Counted from the stretch's first letter, positions 28,099 through 38,345 are shown. The stretch: 64,000 nucleotides of DNA from Chloroflexota bacterium (GCA_963663275.1 OY760183.1:3296001-3360000); one strand, 5' to 3'. Numbers and translations are program-made. The notes: generated by a model not told the origin, from the letters alone.

Positions 28099-29660
28099 TC
28101 CAGCAGATTTCCCCCGTAGTCTTCCTCGGCGGCGGCGCATTGCTGACGGCGCTGGCGCTCCTTGCGTTCTGGCGGCTGGCCGGGCGCACCGTCGTTGCCG
28201 AGACCGCCATCCACGCCGGGCCGGCGTTTCTGCGGCGCATTGCCCGCAACGCGCTCGTGCCGCTGCTGGCCGTGGTTGTGGCGCGCATCCTCTCGTGGGC
28301 GTTTGCCGCCTACTACCTGCGCGTGATCGGGCCGCAGGACTACGGCCTCTACGCCGTGGCCGTCAACGTGATCGGCTACTTCGGCCCGCTTACCGACTTC
28401 GGTCTGGGCGTGCTGCTCACGCGGGAGGTCAGCCGCCGCCCGGACGCCGCCGCGGCGTATCTGGCAATCGTGCAGCGCATCCGGCTGCTGCTTTCGCTGG
28501 CCGCCGTGCCGGTCGTGCTGCTGATCATGCTGGGCTACTGGTACGCCGGCCGCGTGCCGGTTGACGCCATCGTCACGGCGGGATTGCTGGCGCTGGCGCT
28601 CATCCCGGCCAACGCCGCCGGCACGGCCAGTTCCCTCTTTGCCGCCCGCGAGCGCATGGACTACACCGCGCTGGTGCAGATTGCCACGGCGCTCCTCACG
28701 GTCGGCCTGGGCATGGCGGCCATCGCGCTTGGCTGGGGCTACGTGGGCCTTGCCGCCACGGCGCTCATTGCCAATATCGTCACCGCTTTCGTGCTGCTGC
28801 GCGCACTGCCCGGCGAGACCGCAACCGGCGCGGCCTGGGACGCGCCCAAGGCGCGCGCGCTGATGCTGGCGTCGCTGCCGCTCATGCTCAACGCGCTGCT
28901 CAACGTGCTCTTCTTCCGCATCGACCTCCAGGTTCTCGCCGCGCTGCGCGACATCACCGAAGTCGGCGCTTACGGCGCGGCTTACAAGTACGTCGAAGCC
29001 TTTGCCTTGCTGCCGTCTACGCTGGTGCTGGCGCTCTTCCCGGCGCTTTCCCGCGTCGCCGAGACCGACCGCGCCGCGTTGCAAGGCATCCTGAACAAGG
29101 CCCTGCAATTCATGCTCGTGCTGGCCGTGGGCAGCGCCGTCTGCTTCAGCGTCTACGCAGCGCCCTTCATCTGGCTGCTGGGCGGCGATGCGTTCCTGCC
29201 CCACGCGGCCGCGGCGCTGGCGATTCTCATCTGGTTTCTGCCCTTCAGCTACGTCAACGCCGTCACCCAGTACGTCCTCATCGCCCTGGACCAACAGAAG
29301 TGGATTTTCATCGCCTTTGCGCTGGCTACGGCCTTCAATCTGACCACCAACCTCATCTTCATCCCGCGCTACGGCTACGCGGCGGCCGCGGCGACCACGG
29401 TGCTCTCCGAAATCGTGCTGCTCGCGCCGTTCGTGGTGGTGGCGCGCCGCCAGCGAATTACGCTGCCCATCTTTGGCGCGGCGTGGCGGCCGCTGCTGGC
29501 GGGGATGGGCATGTTCGGCGTTGCGTGGTTGGCGCGGGGCCTGCCCGCCTTGCCGAGCATGGCGCTGGCGGGTACCGTGTATCTCGCCTTGGTCGTCATC
29601 CTGGGCGCACTGCCCCGCGAAGACCTGGCCCGATTCTGGGCCGCCCTGCGCGGGGCATAG
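28095..29660 (+). CDS. Wzx-like oligosaccharide flippase (MOP superfamily)
   Basis: IGPQDYGLY, DFGLGVLLTREVS, VGAYGAAYK and NLIFIPRYGYAAAA; many TM segments. Confidence 0.85.
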   Translation: MIQQISPVVFLGGGALLTALALLAFWRLAGRTVVAETAIHAGPAFLRRIARNALVPLLAVVVARILSWAFAAYYLRVIGPQDYGLYAVAVNVIGYFGPLTDFGLGVLLTREVSRRPDAAAAYLAIVQRIRLLLSLAAVPVVLLIMLGYWYAGRVPVDAIVTAGLLALALIPANAAGTASSLFAARERMDYTALVQIATALLTVGLGMAAIALGWGYVGLAATALIANIVTAFVLLRALPGETATGAAWDAPKARALMLASLPLMLNALLNVLFFRIDLQVLAALRDITEVGAYGAAYKYVEAFALLPSTLVLALFPALSRVAETDRAALQGILNKALQFMLVLAVGSAVCFSVYAAPFIWLLGGDAFLPHAAAALAILIWFLPFSYVNAVTQYVLIALDQQKWIFIAFALATAFNLTTNLIFIPRYGYAAAAATTVLSEIVLLAPFVVVARRQRITLPIFGAAWRPLLAGMGMFGVAWLARGLPALPSMALAGTVYLALVVILGALPREDLARFWAALRGA

Positions 29661-29738
29661 CCGTAAGCTATGCGCTAGCATCGTATCCAGATTAGTGCGT
29701 CGATTACCCAGACTCCCATCTTGTCCCCTCTCCCCGAG

Positions 29739-29878
29739 GAGACCTTTGCATAACTCTGTCATTCCGGCGAAAGCCGGAATCCAGACCGCATTTACAACTA
29801 AAAATAGCTTGTTTTCAATCCTTTGCACCCCCATCCCAACCTTCCCCCTCAATGGGGAAGGGGTTATGCAAAGGTCTC
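29739..29878. mobile_element. MITE with perfect 16-bp TIRs GAGACCTTTGCATAAC inserted into a REP hairpin
   Basis: TIRs at 29739 and 29863-29878; CCGAG duplicated on both flanks; splits CCCTCTCCCCGAG|GGAGAGGG; carries GTCATTCCGGCGAAAGCCGGAATC. Confidence 0.85.
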
Positions 29879-29990
29879 CCGAGGGAGAGGGCTAGGGTGA
29901 GGGTTAAACTTCAGAGCAGCATCAAACTGGGAAAGCACGAGCAGGCCAACTTTGCGAGCGGGGCCAAAGAAGTGTGCCCAAGGAGCACTC

Positions 29991-30806
29991 ATGGAGCAGG
30001 ATGAACAGAGAGTCCTCGACCACCGCGCGGTCGGCGCGCTCTGGGACGCAAACGCCGAGGCCTGGACCACCCTCGCCCGCCTGGGCTACGACAAGTACCG
30101 CGACCACATCAACACGCCCGCTTTCATGGCGATGCTCCCCGACGTGACCGGACTGCGCGGCCTGGACATCGGCTGCGGCGAGGGCCACAATACGCGCCTG
30201 GTGGCGCAACGCGGCGCGGCGCTGACGGCGCTCGACATCGCCCGGCGCTTCGTGACCTACGCCCAGGAGATGGAAGCCCAGGAGCCGCGCGGCATCACCT
30301 ACCTGCACGCCAGCGCGGTTGATTTGCCTTTTGCCGACGCTCATTTCGACTTCGCCATGGCGACCATGAGCCTGATGGACGTGCCGGACCAAGACAGAGC
30401 AATCCATGAAGTAGCGCGGGTCTTGAAGCCGGGCGGATTCTTTCAATTCTCCATACTGCACCCCTGCTTCCTGACGCCGCGCTTCAAGTGGGTGCTGGAC
30501 GACTGCGGCCGGCGCGTGGCCATGGAGTGCGGCGATTACTTCGCGTCGGAGCAAGGCGCGATCGAGGAGTGGATCTTCGGCTCCGCGCCCGACGACCTGA
30601 AAGCGCGCTTTGCCAAGTTCCGCATACCCCGCTTCTTCCACACCCTCAGCGCGTGGCTCAACATGCTCACCGCCGCCGGCCTCACCCTCGAGGAGTCCGC
30701 CGAGCCCTACGCCAGCGACGAGTCCATCGCCATCTATCCGAGCCTCGCCGCCACGCGCGTTGTTCCCTGCTCCCTCCATCTCCGCTGCCGCAAGCCGTCC
30801 CCATAG
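29991..30806 (+). CDS. Class I SAM-dependent methyltransferase
   Basis: LDIGCGEG, LPFADAHFD and RVLKPGG. Confidence 0.88.
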   Translation: MEQDEQRVLDHRAVGALWDANAEAWTTLARLGYDKYRDHINTPAFMAMLPDVTGLRGLDIGCGEGHNTRLVAQRGAALTALDIARRFVTYAQEMEAQEPRGITYLHASAVDLPFADAHFDFAMATMSLMDVPDQDRAIHEVARVLKPGGFFQFSILHPCFLTPRFKWVLDDCGRRVAMECGDYFASEQGAIEEWIFGSAPDDLKARFAKFRIPRFFHTLSAWLNMLTAAGLTLEESAEPYASDESIAIYPSLAATRVVPCSLHLRCRKPSP

Positions 30807-30976
30807 CGGATTTTCCGTACTTGCTTGCCGCGGCCGCCAATCGTTCAATCCGCGGTGTGCCTCTTGTCAAGGAAAAGCGCGTACCGCTGCTTGGCGCAAG
30901 CCAAGCAGCGGTACGCGCTCAGACCTTATGCCACTCTCCCCCGTCGCAGTCCCGTTGAACTAGCCGCCTTCTGCGT

Positions 30977-31990
30977 CTACTCGGGATAGAAACCGTTCGC
31001 CAGCGTTTCAATGGCGTCAACGGTGCGAATGCCCGCCTGCGTGGCCGTGAAGAGCACCTCCACGTAGTGCTTGTTCTGCACTGCCTTGATGGAGGAGAGC
31101 GCCTCAGTCTTTTCCAAGTACTCTCTCTTCTCCGCGGCCGTAGACCACCCTGGGGCGTCGAGCAACACGATGACGTCGGGGTCTCGCTCGACCACGGTCT
31201 CCCAGTTCACCGTCCCGAAGAGGCCTTCCACGTCAGCGAATATGTTGACGCCACCCGCCTCTTCGACCAACGCGTTCACAATGCCCGAACCAACCGCGGC
31301 GTACGGCGTATCCTCACCACTGTCATAGATGAAGACCGAAACTTTCGGATCGGCAGGCGCCGTCTTGGCGCGGATGTCCGTCAAGCGGGCCTGCAGCCCC
31401 TCGACGTACGCTTCGGCGCGCTCCGAAATTCCAAAGATCTGCCCAATCTTCAGGAAGTCCTCGAATACGTCCTCGATGACCACCTTGCCGTCTTTGCAGT
31501 TGGAGGCCGTCTGGTACGACGCTATGCCAAGCTCCATGAGCGCATCGCGCGGCCCGGCCACGTCTTCACGAGTCCAGGCGCTGACGAAGGCAGCGTAGAT
31601 GAAGTCGGGCTCGGCGCCCAGAATGACCTCATGCGAAGGATACTTCTCGGCAAGTACCGGAATCTGCTCGTATGCCGCCTGCTGCTCAGGGGGGACCGAG
31701 TCCCTGAGGAACGACGTGCCAACCATGCTGTCTTCCAGACCCAACGCCAGCATCAGTTCCGTCGATTGCTGAGACAGGCTAATGGCGCGCTGCGGCGGCT
31801 TGTCGTACGTAATGGTAAAGCCGCAGTTTTCGATGGTTACGGGCGTGTAGGCCGGCGCGGCTTCTGGCGCCGGCTCCGCCTCCGGTTGCGTTACGGCTAC
31901 CGTGCCGCAACCGGCCAGCAAAAGGCTCCCCGCGCCGGCCACACCGATGGCGAGAAGGCCGCGACGGGTTATACGCTGCGAATTGATCAA
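30977..31990 (-). CDS. Iron-siderophore/metal-chelate ABC substrate-binding lipoprotein (paralog of 35477-36484)
   Basis: TRRGLL Tat motif, LAGC lipobox, PVTIENCG, PQRAISL and VNWETVVERDPDVI; TTG start inferred. Confidence 0.85.
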   Translation of the reverse strand: MINSQRITRRGLLAIGVAGAGSLLLAGCGTVAVTQPEAEPAPEAAPAYTPVTIENCGFTITYDKPPQRAISLSQQSTELMLALGLEDSMVGTSFLRDSVPPEQQAAYEQIPVLAEKYPSHEVILGAEPDFIYAAFVSAWTREDVAGPRDALMELGIASYQTASNCKDGKVVIEDVFEDFLKIGQIFGISERAEAYVEGLQARLTDIRAKTAPADPKVSVFIYDSGEDTPYAAVGSGIVNALVEEAGGVNIFADVEGLFGTVNWETVVERDPDVIVLLDAPGWSTAAEKREYLEKTEALSSIKAVQNKHYVEVLFTATQAGIRTVDAIETLANGFYPE

Positions 31991-32047
31991 CTCCAAATCC
32001 CCTTTCCGTTTCTCCACGAGAATTTCTCCTACGCACTCCCATTCTAC

Positions 32048-32097
32048 TTGGGAATGCGTTTCATTAAAAGTAAAGCAGGCTGTGGACGCCTTGTCAA
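32048..32097 (-). promoter_or_regulatory. Fur-box-like site and TTGACA upstream of the binding-protein gene
   Basis: TTGGGAATGCGTTTCATTA resembles 36539-36559; both are followed by GCC(T)TTGTCAAGGG. Confidence 0.45.
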
Positions 32098-32398
32098 GGG
32101 ACGCGCCATGCTGATTGGGGTAGTCCGATTCTTGCCGTACGCGCCGGCGGCTAAGCACCCAGGCGGCGGATGAGCAAGCCGCCGGCGCTCTTGGCAGCGC
32201 GCGTCTGCGGGCCGCAACCTTCGGCGTCCCCGCGATGCATCCCCAGCGCAAGGCCCTCCGTCAACACATAGGCGGCAATCCGTCTCAACGACGATGAAGA
32301 CGCCCTGCTCCCTGGAGAACAAGGCGTCGCTTGGATGGTAAAGTCGAGGCGTTAACCGGCGGTTTGCCTCAGAGGCCGCAAGGTGAACATATCTCTAG

Positions 32399-32571
32399 GA
32401 ACCTGTTTACGATCGTCTTGTCTGCACGAGGAACGTTCGCCCTGAGCCGCGTCGAAGGGTGAACGGAACCACTGCAAGGTGGCAAATAGCCGTTCATGCT
32501 TCGACAGGCTCAGCACGAACGGTCTCTATCGGCCTTGCAAATTCCCCCCTAAGCAGATTGAAAACAGGCTC
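32399..32571. mobile_element. Probable IS5-family-like MITE carrying a CCGTTC...TCGA-type REP pair
   Basis: GAACCTGTTTACGATC versus the reverse complement GAGCCTGTTTTCAATC (13/16); flanked by TAG and TAA. Confidence 0.6.
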
Positions 32572-32613
32572 TAAATGCGCGGCACGCGGCCCGAACCCGG
32601 AACCGGTGAGAAA

Positions 32614-33474
32614 CTAACCGTCTTCAGAACCCGGCTTGCTCCGCGCCGGCGCGCCGGGAACGCACACATATTCCGGCACTGCCTCTCCATCCACGAGGTG
32701 CTCGGCCACGATGCGGTCCACGGCGGCTGCGTCCACGCCGCCGTACCACGTGCCGTCCGGATGCACCACCATGATTGGCCCCAGATCGCACGGATACAGA
32801 CAGCCGGTGCGCACGGTCATCACGCCCCGCCGGCCACGCAGTTTATTCTCTCTGAGCTTCTCCTCGAAGTAAGCCCACGTCTTCGGGGCGTTCGCCAGCG
32901 TGCAGCGGGGCCCGTGGCAGAGAAACACCTGATGGCGATGGGCGGGAATGAGGTTCCAGGAACGTTCTCGGTCCGTTATGTTCGGATCGCCGCGGACTTC
33001 CACGCAGCCGTGCGCATCCGCCACCGCGGCGCTCACGGCGTCAGCCAGGTGTTCGCTATCGCCGAGCGGCGGCGCCAGCACAACGTCCATCGCGTCATCC
33101 GGGACGTTCTCCCGCACCCAATCACGGATTGCGAGTGGCAGCCACCAGCGCACCGTGCCATCCATCGGTACGAGCGCGGGCACTATCAGCAGGTGGCGCG
33201 CGCCTGCGGCCATGCACTCTTCCAGCACCGCGGGCAAGGCCGGCTTGCCCTGCTCCATGAAGGCGTAGCGCACTTCCCGATAGCGCCCGGAACCCGCAAC
33301 AGACGAAACAACCCGCTCCAGTTCTTCACGCGGCGCGCCGCCATACCCGCCGCGGCCCACGATCACAACCGTATCAAACGGCGCGCCGTTAGGTTCCAAC
33401 GTCATGCTGTCGGTTTCTACCGCGGCCCTTGGGGACGAAACGCTCGTCCCTTGCTCACTCCGGGCGTCTGGCAT
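32614..33474 (-). CDS. CbiX/SirB-like domain fused to a thioredoxin-like [2Fe-2S] ferredoxin
   Basis: N-terminal VRYAFMEQGKPAL...LAPPLGD chelatase fold; C-terminal FLCHGPRC...TGCLYPCDLGPIMVVHPDGTWY. Confidence 0.75.
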   Translation of the reverse strand: MPDARSEQGTSVSSPRAAVETDSMTLEPNGAPFDTVVIVGRGGYGGAPREELERVVSSVAGSGRYREVRYAFMEQGKPALPAVLEECMAAGARHLLIVPALVPMDGTVRWWLPLAIRDWVRENVPDDAMDVVLAPPLGDSEHLADAVSAAVADAHGCVEVRGDPNITDRERSWNLIPAHRHQVFLCHGPRCTLANAPKTWAYFEEKLRENKLRGRRGVMTVRTGCLYPCDLGPIMVVHPDGTWYGGVDAAAVDRIVAEHLVDGEAVPEYVCVPGAPARSKPGSEDG

Positions 33475-33506
33475 GGCGAAATTCTTTCACTGCGCGCGAC
33501 TGGGTT

Positions 33507-34340
33507 CTAGCGTTCACCAACCAGCACCGCTGCGGCCGGCGCTTCGGCGGGCGCCGTCGCCGGCGGCGCGGCGGCGTGTGCGGGCAGAAATACAATGTGG
33601 AGTTTGCCGGTGCGGGGATGGACTTGCACCTCGGCCTCTACGCCGAAGACCTTGCGCAACAGCGCCGGCTGAAATACGTCCTCCGGCGTTCCCGCCGCCA
33701 CAATCTCTCCTTCCGCCATGATGTAGAGGCGGTCGCAGTACGTCGCGGCCAGGTTGAGATCGTGAAGCGCGGTAAAGGTAGTTACCCGCAATCCGCGCAC
33801 GAGATCGAGGATTTCGAGTTGGTAGCGCACGTCCAGGTGATTGGTCGGTTCATCCAGGATGAGAAAGCGCGCTTGTTGCGCCAAAGCGCGGGCAATCAGG
33901 ACGCGCTGCTTCTCGCCGCCGGATAGCGTCGCGAACGAGCGGTCCGCGAATGAGAGCATACCGACTTGCGACAGCGCGTTCTCCACCAGGTCGTGGTCCT
34001 CTGCGTTTTCGCGCGCGAACATGCCCTTGTGGGGTGTGCGGCCCATCAGCACCATTTCCCACACCACGAACTCAAACTCGCCGGGCGTTTCCTGCAAGAC
34101 TGTTGCCGTCCGCCGCGCGGCTTCTTTGGCATCGAGGTCCCACACGCTGTCGCCTTCGAGGGCAATGTAACCCGCATCGGGCTTGAGCGCGCGGTAAATG
34201 CAGCGCAGCAGACTCGACTTGCCGCTGCCGTTGGGTCCGAGCACCCCCACAAGCTCGCCTGCCGCCACGTCCACGGCAACATCACGCAGAATCGTCTGTT
34301 CTTCCACACTCCAGGTTACTTTTTCAACGTGCAGCGTCAT
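33507..34340 (-). CDS. Iron-chelate ABC ATPase (FepC/FecE-like)
   Basis: GPNGSGKS, LSGGEKQR, LDEPTNHLD and HDLNLA. Confidence 0.9.
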   Translation of the reverse strand: MTLHVEKVTWSVEEQTILRDVAVDVAAGELVGVLGPNGSGKSSLLRCIYRALKPDAGYIALEGDSVWDLDAKEAARRTATVLQETPGEFEFVVWEMVLMGRTPHKGMFARENAEDHDLVENALSQVGMLSFADRSFATLSGGEKQRVLIARALAQQARFLILDEPTNHLDVRYQLEILDLVRGLRVTTFTALHDLNLAATYCDRLYIMAEGEIVAAGTPEDVFQPALLRKVFGVEAEVQVHPRTGKLHIVFLPAHAAAPPATAPAEAPAAAVLVGER

Positions 34341-35452
34341 GAGCGACCCCCTCCCAGCGCATCTCGATTCCGGCGCATCAACCAGATGAAGAACGGACCG
34401 CCGATAAAGCCCGTAATCACACCCAGGGGCATCTCCTCAGGCTGCACGATTGTGCGCGCGAGCACGTCCACCCAGACCAAGAAGATAGCCCCCGCCAAGA
34501 GGCTGACCGGCAGCACCCGGCGGTGGTCGGAACCGACGAACAGGCGGACGGTGTGCGGCATCATGAGGCCCACAAAGCCGACGGCGCCGGCGAGCGCAAC
34601 CATCACGCCGGTGATCATGGCCGCTACCACCATCAGCACACGGCGAAAGCGGGTGGTATCCACGCCGAGACTGATGGCCGTTTCCTCTCCGGCAACCAGC
34701 GCGTTGAGCGGCCGCGCCTGTAAAATCAAGTACGCAGTTCCGATCACCAGCGCAATCAGCGGCAAGGTGAGGTAGCTCCACTTGGCGCCTGCCACACTCC
34801 CCTGGAGCCAGAAGAGCACCGACCTGATGCCCTCCGCGTCGTCGGCCCGGAAAATGACGAAGCTCGTCCCGGCCGACAACACATAGGAGAGCGCTACGCC
34901 GACCAGGATCAGCCGCACCGGCGAGAGCGTGCCGCGGTTTTGCGCCAGCGTGATCACGATTACAAATGCCATCACCGAGCCCAAGAATGCCGCCACCGAG
35001 AGCGAGTAGATTCCAAAGAACTTGAAGACGCCCATCAGGATGACAAGCACCGCGGCCAGCGACGCCCCTGATGAAATCCCCAGGATATAGGGGTCTGCCA
35101 GGGGATTGCGCACGGCTGCCTGCATGGCGACGCCAACCACCGCCAGCCCCGCGCCGATGATGGCCGCCAGGAAGACCCGGGGCAAGCGGATCAGCCACAC
35201 GATGTTCTCATGGGCGGCGGACCACTCGCCCGAAGCAAGACCGGTCAGGCGCGCCAAGGCAATCTGCCACACCGTAAAGGGTGAAATCGCCACCGGCCCA
35301 ATGGTCACGGCCAGTGTCAGCGTCACCAACAATGCCGCCGTTAGGGCGAGCAAAGCCAAAGGAAAGCGCGCGTCCCGGCGCTTGGATCGAGGAGCCGGCG
35401 CCGGGGGCGTTTCGCTTGGGTCCTGGCTCGCTTGTTCTACTGCTGGCCCCAT
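34337..35452 (-). CDS. FecCD-family ABC permease
   Basis: IRLPRV, RNPLADPYILGISSGA, GFVGLMMPH and EMPLGVIT. Confidence 0.9.
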   Translation of the reverse strand: MGPAVEQASQDPSETPPAPAPRSKRRDARFPLALLALTAALLVTLTLAVTIGPVAISPFTVWQIALARLTGLASGEWSAAHENIVWLIRLPRVFLAAIIGAGLAVVGVAMQAAVRNPLADPYILGISSGASLAAVLVILMGVFKFFGIYSLSVAAFLGSVMAFVIVITLAQNRGTLSPVRLILVGVALSYVLSAGTSFVIFRADDAEGIRSVLFWLQGSVAGAKWSYLTLPLIALVIGTAYLILQARPLNALVAGEETAISLGVDTTRFRRVLMVVAAMITGVMVALAGAVGFVGLMMPHTVRLFVGSDHRRVLPVSLLAGAIFLVWVDVLARTIVQPEEMPLGVITGFIGGPFFIWLMRRNRDALGGGRS

Positions 35453-35476
35453 GTAAATCGCTTCTCAGCTTCTCGG

Positions 35477-36484
35477 TTACTCAGGATAGAAGCCCTGGAA
35501 CAGGGTCTCGATCACGTCGACGCTGCGGGGACCGGGCTGCGTGGCCGTGAACTCCACGATGACAAAGCGCTCTTCTTGGACGGCCCGAAGCGCCGCGAGC
35601 GCCTCGGTGTCTTTCAAGTACTCGATCTTCTCCTCCGCTGTGGACCAGGTTGCGTGGTGCAGCACGATGACGTCCGGGTCGCGCTCGATGACGGATTCCC
35701 AGTTCACCGTGGCAAAGCCGCCTTCCACATCCGCGAAGATATTGATTCCGCCGGCCTCTTCCAGCAGCGCGTTCACGATGCCGGTGCCGGCGGCCGTGTA
35801 CGGCGCTTCATCGCCGCTGTCGTAGACGAACACCTTGACCTCTGCGTCCGCGGCCTGCGTCTTGGAGTGGATTTCCGCCAACCGCTCCCGCTTTTCGGCC
35901 ACGTATGCTTCCGCGCGCTCCGATACGCCGAAGATCTTCCCGATATTCAGGAAGTCGGTGAACACGTCCTCGATGGTCGCCTTGCTCTCCAGGCAATTCG
36001 CATGAGCGAGGTAAGAATTGATGTTCAATTCCAGCAAGGCTTCGCGCGGTCCGGCCACCTCATCGCGGAAGGCGCTCACCCAACCGGCGTAGATGAAGTC
36101 GGGCTCCGCAGCCAGGAACACCTCCCGGGACGGATAGGTGTCCGAGAGCACGGGGACCTGTGCGTACGCGTCGGCGAGATTGGGCAAGATCGGGTCTTCC
36201 AAGTACGCCGTGCCCACCATTTGGTCCTGCAGCCCCAGGGTCAACATCACCTCGGTGGCGTGCTGGGCCATCGCTACGGCGCGCTGCGGCGGTTCCGTGT
36301 ACGTGATGGTCACGCCGCAGTTCTCGATGGTCACCGGCTCGTAAGCTGCCTCGCTCACCTGCTCCGGCTCGGTCTCCGCTTCCTGCACTGTGACGGTACC
36401 GCAAGCGGCAACGAGAACGCTGGCAGCGCCCATAGCGCCCAACGCCAAAATGCTGCGGCGGGTTGTCCGTCGATGCTCTTTCAT
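35477..36484 (-). CDS. Iron-siderophore/metal-chelate ABC substrate-binding lipoprotein
   Basis: TRRSIL Tat motif, VAAC lipobox, PVTIENCG and VNWESVIERDPDVI. Confidence 0.87.
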   Translation of the reverse strand: MKEHRRTTRRSILALGAMGAASVLVAACGTVTVQEAETEPEQVSEAAYEPVTIENCGVTITYTEPPQRAVAMAQHATEVMLTLGLQDQMVGTAYLEDPILPNLADAYAQVPVLSDTYPSREVFLAAEPDFIYAGWVSAFRDEVAGPREALLELNINSYLAHANCLESKATIEDVFTDFLNIGKIFGVSERAEAYVAEKRERLAEIHSKTQAADAEVKVFVYDSGDEAPYTAAGTGIVNALLEEAGGINIFADVEGGFATVNWESVIERDPDVIVLHHATWSTAEEKIEYLKDTEALAALRAVQEERFVIVEFTATQPGPRSVDVIETLFQGFYPE

Positions 36485-36507
36485 CCTGGGGGCCTCCCGA
36501 TAGTACT

Positions 36508-36584
36508 GATAACTATAACCAAAGTCGTTAGCATTAGCTAATGACAACGCTTTTCATTAAAGATAAGTCGGTCGCCTTTGTCAA
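36508..36584 (-). promoter_or_regulatory. Promoter with a Fur-like inverted repeat
   Basis: Minus-strand TTGACA-17-TTTAAT; TAATGA-N9-TCATTA at 36539-36559 overlaps the -10; TGATAACT half-site at 36508. Confidence 0.55.
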
Positions 36585-37187
36585 GGGATTCCGGGGGAAA
36601 AGTGGGCGACTTTTCTCTAAGAACAACCGCCTCCGGCGCACCGCGCCTGTCGAGAGGCAGACAAGCGCCGCGACCCTACCGTAGCAAACGCATCACACCG
36701 CGCGGTCTGCCCACCGCACGGCAGCCGGAGTGAGGGCGAACCGCAAGCCGGCGGGGTAAGGGCAAGCCGGAAGCCGTGCCCAGGGGCCAAACCTGCGCCG
36801 GATGTCATTCCTGTACGTGTCAGAAGTGGTACACAGAGTTGGCAGGCTCATCAAGATAATTCAGTGCCACTCACCGCACGTACACATGTCATTCCGAACG
36901 TAGCGCAGCGGAGTGAGGAATCTCAAGCGTTTGCCTGCTGACAAAGCTCCTGGCAAGGATCCTAGATTCCTCTCTTCGCTGCGCTCCATTCGGAATGACA
37001 GAAAACCCGGTACTGCCCTCCGCTTCGATCATTACGATAGGATAGTCGGCCCCGCCCCCTCCTGGCACGAAGACATCGAAACCGGCAAGAAACTATCGGC
37101 CAGCTTCGTTAATTTATCTCTTGACTGTAGCAGTAAAAGGTGGTAGCTTACCGGTGAACGCCTGACACCGAATTCGAGGCTGGGAGA

Positions 37188-37580
37188 GTGCTGGCAATGC
37201 GGAAGCAATTCTCCGGCAGCGTGCCCGCTATGTTGCTGCTAATGGGCATTCCCGCCGTAATTCTGCTTGTTGCGCTGGCGGCAGAGGCCGGCTGGATTGC
37301 CACACTCCTGGGAAGTGAACGCGCGCCGCTCGGGACATTCGTCAACGCCTGGGCCGTTGGCGCCGCCACCGCGTTCCTCATCGGCTTCGGCGCCACACTT
37401 CTCATAGCGCGCATTGCGTTAGCCGCCAATTGGGGCTCGTTTTCCATTAGAGTCGGGCCCATCAGGCTCTTTGACTTCACCGGCAGGACCGGCGCCACCG
37501 CTTTCGCCTTTACGTTTCGGGGCGAACTCCTTCTGCTTGCGCTGCTCGCCGGACTGCTCTACGCCCTTGGCGCTTCCTAA
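37188..37580 (+). CDS. Hypothetical membrane protein (~3 TM)
   Basis: Hydrophobic 130-aa ORF with no recognised motif. Confidence 0.5.
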   Translation: MLAMRKQFSGSVPAMLLLMGIPAVILLVALAAEAGWIATLLGSERAPLGTFVNAWAVGAATAFLIGFGATLLIARIALAANWGSFSIRVGPIRLFDFTGRTGATAFAFTFRGELLLLALLAGLLYALGAS

Positions 37581-37671
37581 CGCGCGGAGCGGGGCGGCAC
37601 GTCTTAAGGCGCTTGAGCGGGCGTACCGCGCGGCTACCGGATGCGCACATTAACCCTATGCGCCTTGCGCA

Positions 37672-38202
37672 TTAGCTCGGCTTGCCTGCGGGGAAGAGGA
37701 ACGGCACCCAGGTTTTGTGGGGGGTGGCGGGCACGTGGCGGAGGTGGGCCAGGTAGCCGTTCAGGCGCGGTTTGCCGGGATCGGCCAGCAGCCTCATGCG
37801 CGCCTCCTCGGCGGTGCGGCCGCCTTTGCGGTGGTTGCAGTCCTTACAGGCCGAGACCAGGTTTTCCCAGGTGTGGCCGCCGCCCCGGTGGCGGGGCAGG
37901 ACGTGGTCGATCGTCAGTTCCCGCGTCCGCGTGCCGCAGTACTGGCACGTGTGGCCGTCGCGGCGGAAGACCTCCTGGCGCACCAGGCGCGGGCCGCTGG
38001 GCGGCGGCTTCACCAGGTAGTGCAGCTTGATCACCGACGGGCGCGTGTAGCGGGCCTCGGCGGACATCAGGTCGTCCGCGTACCGCTCGACCACTTCCGC
38101 CTTGCCGTTCAGCAAGAGCACGAACGCGCGGCGCACGTTGCAGATGTTCAGCGGCCGGTAGTCCAGGTTGAGCACCAGCACGCGCTTGTTGATGCCGTTC
38201 AT
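37672..38202 (-). CDS. HNH endonuclease (McrA-like, VLVLN-type)
   Basis: VLVLNLDYRPL, RDGHTCQYCG, TIDHVLPRHRGG and WENLVSACKDCNHRKG. Confidence 0.9.
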   Translation of the reverse strand: MNGINKRVLVLNLDYRPLNICNVRRAFVLLLNGKAEVVERYADDLMSAEARYTRPSVIKLHYLVKPPPSGPRLVRQEVFRRDGHTCQYCGTRTRELTIDHVLPRHRGGGHTWENLVSACKDCNHRKGGRTAEEARMRLLADPGKPRLNGYLAHLRHVPATPHKTWVPFLFPAGKPS

Positions 38203-38345
38203 GAGCCGATCACTCGTATCCTGAGCACTTGACAAGGCGCTCATCTTCCATTGCGCTGCGGCAGACGCGCTCGCCGCCGCGCCGGTCAAAGCCCGCGCTT
38301 CCCTTTGGTATATCTTAACCCGCTGGCGGGCTCTCCACAATATCG

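Noticed and set aside
36600-36810. Cobalamin riboswitch upstream of the FecCD-type operon
   Set aside because: No B12-box or GCCACTG/GGGAAG core seen on the minus strand, and the predicted promoter lies downstream of this stretch
36814-36882. Tiny TA-flanked inverted-repeat element (TACGTGTCAGAAGTGGTAC...GTGCCACTCACCGCACGTA)
   Set aside because: Arms are imperfect and there is only one copy here, which is too weak to call a MITE
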